DNA of 64,000 bases from Candidatus Levyibacteriota bacterium (GTDB lineage: Bacteria > Patescibacteriota > Microgenomatia > Levybacterales > UBA12049), in NCBI GenBank assembly GCA_043823085.1, contig JBDRBE010000002.1, positions 19,312 through 83,311 of the forward strand, written 5' to 3'. The position numbers and the translations under genes were made by a program. The notes below the pieces were generated by a model, which searched no databases, was not told where the DNA came from, and was given only the letters and a program-made list of their open reading frames with translations. Shown in pieces: positions 36,440-44,696 of the stretch. The first letter of the stretch is position 1, and each line of letters starts with the position of its first letter.

Positions 36440-37966
36440 ATGATTTTACTTGTAGATTTTGGAAGTCAGACTGCACATCTAATTTCGCGAAGAATTCAAG
36501 AGCTTGGCGCTAATGTTAAAATAGTTTACCCCGAAGATGCCCTCAGAGAGATTAACAAAGAAAAAGTTCAAGGAATTATTCTCTCCGGCGGTCCTTCAGG
36601 TGTTTATGAAAAAAATGTTCCGACTATTAACCCTAAAATTTTCGACTTAGGAATTCCAATTCTTAGTATTTGCTATGGATTTCAGTTGACAGCTCATTTA
36701 TGCGGAGGAAAGGTGATTCCGGGGAAGAAGGAATATGGCCCGGCGAAATTAGAATTAGCAAATGGCGTATGGCGCATAGCGAATGGCTTGCCTTCAAAAT
36801 TCACTGTTTGGATGTCGCATGGAGATGAGATTATTAAACTGCCAAAAGGTTTTGAAATTATTGGTTCAACCGAACATGTTCCTTTTGCTTTTGCGGGAAA
36901 TGAAGAAAAGAAAAATTACGGTTTGCAGTTTCATCCCGAAGTTGAGCACACAGAATATGGTGCTAAAATTTTTGAAAATTTTCTTAAAATCTGCGGCTTA
37001 AAAATTACAAAAAAAAGTCTTGATGCAAAAGAAATTGAAGAAAAAATTAAAAAAACCGTTGGAAATTCATATGTAATTGGTGCGGTTTCAGGAGGAGTTG
37101 ATTCAACTGTGGCAGGAATTATTACAGCCAAGGCAGTAGGGAAGAGGTTTATCCCCATTTTTGTGGATAACGGCTTAATGAGAGAAGGAACATATGAAAG
37201 CATCAAAAAAATCTTCCAAAATACAGGCGTAAAGCCTATAGTAATAAATACGGTGGGGGAGATGCTTGCGCGTTTAAAAGGAATTATTGATCCGGAGGAA
37301 AAAAGAAAAATTATTGGCAAATTTTATATCGAAATTTTCGAACGCGAAATGAAAAAATTAATAAAGCTTGGCAAAGACGTCAAATTTCTTTTGCAGGGCA
37401 CAATTTATTCGGATGTGATAGAAAGCCAAGGGACAAAACACGCTTCAAAAATTAAAAGTCATCATAATGTCGGCGGGCTCCCCAAAAATATGAAATTAAA
37501 ACTTTTGGAACCGGTTCGCCACTTGTATAAAGATCAGGTTCGGTCATTAGGAAAAACGTTGGGTCTTTCAGACGATGTGATTTTTAAACAGCCTTTTCCT
37601 GGTCCAGGATACGCTGTTCGTATTCGAGGAGAAGTAACTAAGGAACGTCTTGAAAAAGAAAAAAAGACAGACAAAATTGTTTTGGAAGAATTAGAAAAAG
37701 CAAAAATTTTACCTAATGTTTTTCTTTCTTTTCCGGTTATGACCAATAGTTTTTCAACAGCAGTTAAGGGAGACAGCAGATTTTTTGGCGAAGTAGTGGC
37801 AATCCGCGTTATCGAGTCAAAAGATGTCATGACGTCACATTGGTCAAGACTCCCCTACGAAGTTTTACAAAAAATCTCATCAAGAATTATCAACGAAGTT
37901 CCGGACATCTCGCGTGTGGTCTATGACATTACCACTAAGCCACCGGCAACCATGGAATGGGAGTAG
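36440..37966 (+). CDS. guaA: GMP synthase (glutamine-hydrolysing)
   Basis: Class I GATase N-domain (catalytic Cys in ILSICYGFQ). ATP-PPase SGGVDSTV. C-terminal dimerisation domain. Confidence 0.9.
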   Translation: MILLVDFGSQTAHLISRRIQELGANVKIVYPEDALREINKEKVQGIILSGGPSGVYEKNVPTINPKIFDLGIPILSICYGFQLTAHLCGGKVIPGKKEYGPAKLELANGVWRIANGLPSKFTVWMSHGDEIIKLPKGFEIIGSTEHVPFAFAGNEEKKNYGLQFHPEVEHTEYGAKIFENFLKICGLKITKKSLDAKEIEEKIKKTVGNSYVIGAVSGGVDSTVAGIITAKAVGKRFIPIFVDNGLMREGTYESIKKIFQNTGVKPIVINTVGEMLARLKGIIDPEEKRKIIGKFYIEIFEREMKKLIKLGKDVKFLLQGTIYSDVIESQGTKHASKIKSHHNVGGLPKNMKLKLLEPVRHLYKDQVRSLGKTLGLSDDVIFKQPFPGPGYAVRIRGEVTKERLEKEKKTDKIVLEELEKAKILPNVFLSFPVMTNSFSTAVKGDSRFFGEVVAIRVIESKDVMTSHWSRLPYEVLQKISSRIINEVPDISRVVYDITTKPPATMEWE

Positions 37967-38004
37967 TTGACTTCGAAAAGGCATTTAGCCTATAATTTTA
38001 ACCT

Positions 38005-38607
38005 ATGATTGAACGAGAAAAATTTATTGACGGGAGTAATCCATCAGAAAAACAGAGACCTCTCTTAAATTCAATAATCACAAATGATAAAGCGCGAGCA
38101 ATACTATGCGAACAAATCAATTTTATCCGTGACAGAGTTGAAAAGCCGGTGCGGTTTGGTGAACCAAGAGAGTCGTGCTTGCTAGCATTTTTAACCGGGG
38201 ACAAATATGGTATTGTTTATGATTCTGTCAATAGGACACGAATAGGAGACATTGCCGCCTATAACACTGATAAATTGCATGAATTAATAATTAATGTTAT
38301 GGAAAGTTATGGTCTTGATCAAGAACAATCGAGATCTTATCAACCAAAAGAATTAGATACAGATAGAAAGAAATGGAATAATGGAATAATAAATTGTGCT
38401 TTTGGAAATAAAAAAGAGGTTTTAATTTACCCAAGCCAGAAAATTAAAGGTCTTGTTTTCGTTCGAGAAAAATTAATTAATCAGTTCGGCGAAACAGTCA
38501 GTATTAGATGGATGGTTAAAGATGAGGCTCCAATTAATAAAGTAGATATAAAAGGATTATTTTTGACGAGCATTGTGGAATCGGTTAGAAGGAAGGTTCG
38601 TGAATAA
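38005..38607 (+). CDS. hypothetical protein
   Basis: 200 aa ORF with no recognisable motif. 3' end overlaps the convergent MIPS gene by ~20 nt. Confidence 0.4.
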   Translation: MIEREKFIDGSNPSEKQRPLLNSIITNDKARAILCEQINFIRDRVEKPVRFGEPRESCLLAFLTGDKYGIVYDSVNRTRIGDIAAYNTDKLHELIINVMESYGLDQEQSRSYQPKELDTDRKKWNNGIINCAFGNKKEVLIYPSQKIKGLVFVREKLINQFGETVSIRWMVKDEAPINKVDIKGLFLTSIVESVRRKVRE

Positions 38608-39670
38608 ATTCCTCTAGGTTTTTTTTGGCGTCAGTATCGGTGAATTGTTTGGGCGGGGATTTCATAAAATAAGCAGATGGTTCAATTAAGGGTCCGGAAA
38701 TTCCGCGGTCAAGAGCAATTTTTGCGCAGCGAATAGCGTCAATTACAACGCCTGCCGAATTGGGCGAATCTTCAACAGATAATCTTACTTCGACATGTGT
38801 CGGTACATCGCCAAAATGCCTGCTTTCTACACGAATAAAAGCCACTTTATTATCTTTAAGCCATGGAACGTGATCGCTTGGCCCGATATGAATATCTTCT
38901 GTTTCAATATCGAGTTCTCGAAGTTTAAACTGCGAGGTAACAGAACGGGTTTTAGAGATTTTCTTAGATTTTAAGCGCGATCGCTCCAGCATGTTTTGGA
39001 AGTCAGTATTTCCTCCGACATTTAGCTGGTAAGTTCTATCTATTGGCATGCCCCTATCCATAAAAAGATTAACTAAAGTTCGATGAAGAATTGTTGCGCC
39101 AACTTGAGATTTAATATCATCGCCGATAATCGGGACACTGGCTTTTTTAAATTTTTCCGCCCAGTCAGGATTGGAAGCAATAAAAACGGGGATGCAATTA
39201 ATCATTGCTACCTTTGCTTTTAGACAAATATTTGCCCAATACTCGGTTGCTTTTTGACTGCCAACCGGAAGATAACTAATTAAAACCTCGGCACCCGAAT
39301 TTTTTAAAATTTTTATGGGGTCTTCAATAGGCGCTTTACTTATTAGAACAACATTCTGCAAGTATAGGCCGATTCCATCGTTAGCTTTTGCATTTTTAAC
39401 AATGACGCCTGTCTTTGGAACTTTGGCAAAAACAGCAGTGTTGTTTGGATGGGCGTAAATTGCCTGGGATAAGTCCTTGCTAACTTTGGTTTTATTTACA
39501 TCAAAGGCGGCAACCACTTCAATATCGGAAATCTTGTATCCGCCCAAAACGGTATGCATCAGCCCGACAATCTTTTGGTTTTTATTGGCATTTTTGTAAT
39601 AAGTGAGGCCTTGGACAAGAGAAGAAGCACAATTACCAACGCCGACAATTGCTATTTTTATTTTGCCCAT
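38585..39670 (-). CDS. myo-inositol-1-phosphate synthase (archaeal/bacterial short type)
   Basis: N-terminal NAD-binding [17 protein letters not shown], ~360 aa, characteristic of the Ino1/MIPS family. Confidence 0.7.
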   Translation of the reverse strand: MGKIKIAIVGVGNCASSLVQGLTYYKNANKNQKIVGLMHTVLGGYKISDIEVVAAFDVNKTKVSKDLSQAIYAHPNNTAVFAKVPKTGVIVKNAKANDGIGLYLQNVVLISKAPIEDPIKILKNSGAEVLISYLPVGSQKATEYWANICLKAKVAMINCIPVFIASNPDWAEKFKKASVPIIGDDIKSQVGATILHRTLVNLFMDRGMPIDRTYQLNVGGNTDFQNMLERSRLKSKKISKTRSVTSQFKLRELDIETEDIHIGPSDHVPWLKDNKVAFIRVESRHFGDVPTHVEVRLSVEDSPNSAGVVIDAIRCAKIALDRGISGPLIEPSAYFMKSPPKQFTDTDAKKNLEEFIHEPSF

Positions 39671-39741
39671 ATAAATGTTAAAATAGCAAAAGTTTTAAGT
39701 AAAGTAAAATTTATAGATTTTATTTATTATAAAAAATATTT

Positions 39742-40602
39742 ATGCTAGACGAATTGGAAAGATTTATCATGGTTGTTCAAGAAGGGTCGTTTACCAAGGC
39801 CGCAAAAAAACTGTTTATTACTCAGCCGGCCCTTTCTTTATCAATAAAAAGACTTGAACATGTGTTTTCAAAGAAGCTTTTTAAAAGACTTGGAAAAAGA
39901 ATTGTTTTAACTTCCGAGGGCGAGTCTATTTACCATCTTGGTCTTCAAATTCTTAAATTTTGGAGAAAAGCAAAAAATAAAAATACATCTCAATCTTTCC
40001 CTTTTCTATCAATTGGAATTTTTGATAACGCCGCATTAAGACTTTCTAAATATTTTCAAAAAAAATTAACAAAAAATCGTTTCTTATTTGAAATAGTTAT
40101 CGATAGGTCAAAAGTTTTAGCTAACGGCATGAAAAATGGCCTTTATGATATTTGCATTTGCGTTTTGGACCCAAATCAAAATGCGGATTCAAATTATATT
40201 TTAGTAAAAAAGTTTTCCGAAAAACTATATCCGGTTTCTTCCAAAATTTGGAAAGAAAAAATTTCTGAAAGTCCTTTTATTTTGTATAACCAAGATTCGG
40301 AAACAAGAGCGTATATAGATAGTATTTTTTTAAACCGTAGAATTAAACCAAATATTATTGTCGAGTCCACGAGTCCTGCTTTTATGAAAGAATTGGCAAT
40401 TGGCGGTTGTGGCATCGTACTTTTACCAAAAAATTTTGTTGATTTGGAATTAAAACAAAAAAAACTTTTTATCCAAAAATTTCCATTTATTTTTAAACGA
40501 GAAATCGGATTATTTTTGAATAAAGACAGTAACCTTAAAGAAACAGACGAAACTGTAAGAGAAATAATGATTAATCTAGATGAAAAGAAAAATAAGCATT
40601 GA
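39742..40602 (+). CDS. LysR-family transcriptional regulator
   Basis: N-terminal wHTH LERFIMVVQEGSFTKAAKKLFITQPALSLSIKRLE plus a ~200 aa substrate-binding domain. Confidence 0.8.
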   Translation: MLDELERFIMVVQEGSFTKAAKKLFITQPALSLSIKRLEHVFSKKLFKRLGKRIVLTSEGESIYHLGLQILKFWRKAKNKNTSQSFPFLSIGIFDNAALRLSKYFQKKLTKNRFLFEIVIDRSKVLANGMKNGLYDICICVLDPNQNADSNYILVKKFSEKLYPVSSKIWKEKISESPFILYNQDSETRAYIDSIFLNRRIKPNIIVESTSPAFMKELAIGGCGIVLLPKNFVDLELKQKKLFIQKFPFIFKREIGLFLNKDSNLKETDETVREIMINLDEKKNKH

Positions 40603-40658
40603 TTATGTTAATAGCGGCATATAAACTACAAAAGCTAAACTGTCCATAAGGAAGAATT

Positions 40659-41825
40659 ATGGCTCTATATCAAGAAACGGGTGTTGGATCTGGAGTCTTG
40701 CAAACTGAGCAATTTCCAAATCCCGAAAGGGAACGATCTTCATTGGTAGTAGTAACAGACTTGGAGGGACCCCATTTATTAGGAGATACTGCTTTAAGCG
40801 TAATGTCCTCTTCTGTTTGTCCAAAAGGCAATCATAATGGCATGAACCATGGAGAGACTCTTTATCGCGAAACGTTCCATTGGTATGATAAAAATTATTT
40901 CAAAAAAGGATTAGGACAGGAAGGGTCAGATATTATATTAGCAATGCCTGTACTTTTGCATTTTGGCGTTACGGCAGAAGATATTAGAAGCGAAGCAAAA
41001 AAATCCCAAAGAATACCCGGGTCAGAAGAATATGTAGAGTTCTTAAAAGAACAAGGAGGAATAGTTATAGGTATTACTACGGCTTGGGAAGATGCCCACA
41101 GAGATATTGCTCTTGGAGATCTAGGATTTGACGGTATAATTGGTACTTGTTTTCCAATTGATGAGGCCAGAAAAAGGCTAGAAGATTCTGGAAGATGGAG
41201 CGAAGAAATGTATCTGACAGGGAGATTTCTTTATGATAGCTTTAGTGTTATTAATCAAATGGAGCATACGAATGATGATCAAAAAGAATGGTTTAGGCAA
41301 AATTTACATTCGATAATTGGGCAGTTTTATACAAATATAATGGGTATAGCATGGGATAATACAGGTAAACAGACAATAGGCAAGACATGCGGTACTACAG
41401 AACTTTCGGCAATAATGGCAGGATGTGATGTGGTTGGAGATATGAGAAAAGCAGAAGAAGCACGCAAATTATTCGCCCATCATGGGAACAACAGGACAAT
41501 TAACCTTGCAATAGGAGACGGTTTCAATGATCGTTTAATGCTCCAACAATCACCTTGGTCAATTGGTCTTAATGGTGCAGAAGCGGCCCAAGCAGCAAAA
41601 ATTGGAGTAATTACTTCTAACGTAAGTGTCTTAAAAGAGGTAACAGAAACAATTCAGAAATTTCCAGAACCAACGTCAGAAAATGTTAAAGACGTAGTCA
41701 TGAGAGCGCAACAAGTTTTAGGAGGCAGAGCCATTGTACATGAAGGAGGTGCAGGTGTTTCTCCTCAATTAGCAGGACTCCACAGACAAATGAGAAGAAA
41801 AATACGTGGTAGTAGAATACTTTGA
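40659..41825 (+). CDS. HAD-superfamily-like hydrolase (divergent motif I), compositionally atypical
   Basis: Motif IV-like GDGFNDRLML. Candidate motif I VVVTDLEGP. Higher GC and different codon usage than flanking genes. Confidence 0.45.
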   Translation: MALYQETGVGSGVLQTEQFPNPERERSSLVVVTDLEGPHLLGDTALSVMSSSVCPKGNHNGMNHGETLYRETFHWYDKNYFKKGLGQEGSDIILAMPVLLHFGVTAEDIRSEAKKSQRIPGSEEYVEFLKEQGGIVIGITTAWEDAHRDIALGDLGFDGIIGTCFPIDEARKRLEDSGRWSEEMYLTGRFLYDSFSVINQMEHTNDDQKEWFRQNLHSIIGQFYTNIMGIAWDNTGKQTIGKTCGTTELSAIMAGCDVVGDMRKAEEARKLFAHHGNNRTINLAIGDGFNDRLMLQQSPWSIGLNGAEAAQAAKIGVITSNVSVLKEVTETIQKFPEPTSENVKDVVMRAQQVLGGRAIVHEGGAGVSPQLAGLHRQMRRKIRGSRIL

Positions 41826-42789
41826 CTGTGATATGTTTGATGTGATTGGTATTGGTTCGGTTTTTGTTGATTATTTTTTTAATGTAGACGAAATTATTTT
41901 AAAAAAAAATAATCTAAAACCTGAGGATGACTTTTTGTTTAAAGAGAAGAATATCGACTTAAAAGATATTTTTGAAAAACCTCTAATTTTAGATAAGAGT
42001 CCGGGCGGAATATCTCTTAATACAATCGCAGTTTTGGGTGCACTTAATAGAAAAGTTTCATTCTGTGGTTTAATTGGAAAAGATAAAAACGCTAGATATT
42101 TTTTAAACAATCTCAAAAAAGTAGATAAATCTCATTTGATAAAAATCGGAAAAATGTCCAGATGTTTTTGTTTTCTTAGTCACAACAGAAAACGCAGGAC
42201 TTTTCTTTCGGAAGTAAATCCTAACGATAATGATTTTTTTAAAAAAATCGATTTAAATTTTTTAAACACTGCAAGGTTTATTCATGTTGGTCCTTTTTTA
42301 TCAGATTCAAAAGAAATCTTAAAAAACATAGAAGGGATATTTAATAAAATTAAAAGGCCTTTAATAAGTTTTTCTCCCGGAATCCGATATATTAATTTTG
42401 GTTTAAAAACACTTTTGCCATTATTTAAAAAAACTTACGTACTTTTTTTAAACGAACAAGAAACAAAAAGGCTTACAAAGAAAAATGTTGAAGAAGGTAG
42501 TAAATATTTATTAAATTACGGGATAAAAATTATTGTTTGCACAATGGGTAAAAATGGCGCAATGGCAACGACTAAAAAAGAACAGATTTTTGAGAAAGGA
42601 ATAAAAATTAAAAAAGTTGTTGATCCAACAGGCGCCGGAGATTCTTTTGCAGCGGGTTTTCTGTACGGCCTATTAAATAATAAATCTCTAAAAGAATCTT
42701 TAATTCTTGCTAATAAAATTGCTTCAAAAAGCGTTTCCGATTTTGGGTTGAGGTGGTTAAAAGATATAAAGGAGCTTAAATTAACGTAA
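41806..42789 (+). CDS. PfkB-family carbohydrate kinase (ribokinase-like)
   Basis: C-terminal DPTGAGDSFAAGFLYGLL (PfkB signature 2). Start may be the ATG at 41833. Confidence 0.75.
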   Translation: MVVEYFDCDMFDVIGIGSVFVDYFFNVDEIILKKNNLKPEDDFLFKEKNIDLKDIFEKPLILDKSPGGISLNTIAVLGALNRKVSFCGLIGKDKNARYFLNNLKKVDKSHLIKIGKMSRCFCFLSHNRKRRTFLSEVNPNDNDFFKKIDLNFLNTARFIHVGPFLSDSKEILKNIEGIFNKIKRPLISFSPGIRYINFGLKTLLPLFKKTYVLFLNEQETKRLTKKNVEEGSKYLLNYGIKIIVCTMGKNGAMATTKKEQIFEKGIKIKKVVDPTGAGDSFAAGFLYGLLNNKSLKESLILANKIASKSVSDFGLRWLKDIKELKLT

Positions 42790-43887
42790 ATTTAAAGTCT
42801 CACCTTTATAGACTAGATTTTTAGGCTTGATGATAACTTGTCTTCCCCCTTTTTCTATAAATCCCGCGTCAATACTTTGAAAACCATTTTTTTTAATAAT
42901 TTTTTGTGTTTTTTCAATATCTTTTTGAGGAAGAAAGATGGCATAATCCATTCCCATATTGTAAGTTTGGTACATCTCATAATCATCTAAATTAGCATGT
43001 TTTTGGATAAAGAGAAATATTTCTTGCGGATCAAATATCTTTTCTATCACATAGGTATAATTCTGTCTTGCCCGCATTATTTTTCTTAGGCCATGACCAG
43101 TTATATTTGAAATATAATGAATGTCAATTTTTGTTTTTAATAAATCTTGAATTAATTTTGCATAAATATTTGATTTTGTTAAAAGCCCATCCCCATACAT
43201 TTTTCCGCTTGGCAAATTTGAGGCATATCCTTTTGGTAATTTATTAGCTATTGCCCGTGTTAGAGAAATGCCGTTTGCGTTTACGCCGTTACTTCTTAAA
43301 AGCAGAATGCGGTCTCCGGATTTTAACTTTTTATCTAGAATAAGATTCTGCTTTGCAGAAATAATTCCAACAGCACTGCCTGCGAGTTCGCAAACATTTG
43401 AAATTATGATTTGTTTCATCGTTGCTGTTTCTCCGCCGCCCCAGGTTGCACCAGATAAATCGCATGCGTTTTTCCAACCATTAATTAAGTCGCTCATCCT
43501 TTCTTTGTCTTGGAGCCAAGCATTGTCTTCAATTGCCCAATAAGCATGAATTACTAAAGGTTTTGCGCCAACAGTAATAAGGTCGTTTATAACTGTGGCA
43601 ACTGTGTCATGTCCGATAATATCATAGTAGGATTTATTAGTAATCATTCTCATCTGATCGGCAATTAAATTTTTTGTTCCCAATCCTTCAACAACAGAGG
43701 CCATTAAAACATTTCCCTGCGACCAAACAAAAGCAGATTCTCCGCGGGTATCGGAAATTTCTTCAAACCCGTTTTTTTTAAGATTTATGGCGGTTTTTTT
43801 TGCAGCAATTTGCGCCAATTTTTTGACTGGGTCTTTGGTGTCATAATTATCTCCGACTTGCGAATAAGTGATTGTTTGTTTTTTCAT
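42781..43887 (-). CDS. purM: phosphoribosylformylglycinamidine cyclo-ligase (AIR synthetase)
   Basis: PurM-family motifs (SVVEGLGTKNL, GHDTVATVINDLITVGAKPL). Located downstream of purQ/purL. Confidence 0.7.
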   Translation of the reverse strand: MKKQTITYSQVGDNYDTKDPVKKLAQIAAKKTAINLKKNGFEEISDTRGESAFVWSQGNVLMASVVEGLGTKNLIADQMRMITNKSYYDIIGHDTVATVINDLITVGAKPLVIHAYWAIEDNAWLQDKERMSDLINGWKNACDLSGATWGGGETATMKQIIISNVCELAGSAVGIISAKQNLILDKKLKSGDRILLLRSNGVNANGISLTRAIANKLPKGYASNLPSGKMYGDGLLTKSNIYAKLIQDLLKTKIDIHYISNITGHGLRKIMRARQNYTYVIEKIFDPQEIFLFIQKHANLDDYEMYQTYNMGMDYAIFLPQKDIEKTQKIIKKNGFQSIDAGFIEKGGRQVIIKPKNLVYKGETLNLR

Positions 43888-43889
43888 AT

Positions 43890-44696
43890 TTATGTTTCTT
43901 TGACAAATTTTATCATATTTTCAAAAATTGGAAAGCCTTGTGGTCCGCCAGTCGGCGGATTTATTCTTCTCCAATTTGGATGTTGTTCTTTGAAAATAAA
44001 TCTTTCCGGATGGGGCATTAGTCCCAAAATTCTTCCGCTTTTGTCGCAAATTCCGGCAATGGCATTAATAGATCCGTTGGGGTTTTGTGGATAATTTTGA
44101 GTTGGTTTTCCATTAGCGTCAACATATCTAAGAGTAACAAGATTTGATTGCTCAATTGTTTTGATTGTTACATTGTTTGCAAAAAATTTACCCTCTCCGT
44201 GAGCAACCTGATAAGAAACGATATTGTTAAATTGCTTCATTGCTTCATTGTTAAGGAAAACACATTTAGATTTTTCTTCAATTTTTAAATCAACCCATCG
44301 GCAGACAAAATGTCCGCAGTCATTGTTGGTAAGAGTTGCTGACATTTTTCCAATTTCTTCAAAGGGCAAAAGTCCGGTTCTAACTAAAACCTGGAAGCCG
44401 TTACAAATGCCAATCATTAGAGTTTCTTTTCTCTGAATAAATTTTTTAAGTTCTTGCGAAAAAAATGAAGTTAATTCAACTGCCAGAATTTTTCCGGAAA
44501 CTATGTCATCACCGTAAGAAAATCCGCCGGGAAGAGCTAGGATTTGGTAATTTTTAAGACTTTCTTTTTTGGTTCGAAGTTCGTTGACATGAACGATTTT
44601 TGGATTTCCTCCAGCCATTTGAAAAGCAAAGAAAGTTTCCTCATCGCAATTTGTCCCGTCAGTTTTTAAAACTAGTACTTTTGGCTTTATATTCAT
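43890..44696 (-). CDS. purQ: FGAM synthase glutaminase subunit
   Basis: LALPGGFSYGDD, catalytic Cys GICNGFQ, class I GATase. Confidence 0.85.
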   Translation of the reverse strand: MNIKPKVLVLKTDGTNCDEETFFAFQMAGGNPKIVHVNELRTKKESLKNYQILALPGGFSYGDDIVSGKILAVELTSFFSQELKKFIQRKETLMIGICNGFQVLVRTGLLPFEEIGKMSATLTNNDCGHFVCRWVDLKIEEKSKCVFLNNEAMKQFNNIVSYQVAHGEGKFFANNVTIKTIEQSNLVTLRYVDANGKPTQNYPQNPNGSINAIAGICDKSGRILGLMPHPERFIFKEQHPNWRRINPPTGGPQGFPIFENMIKFVKET

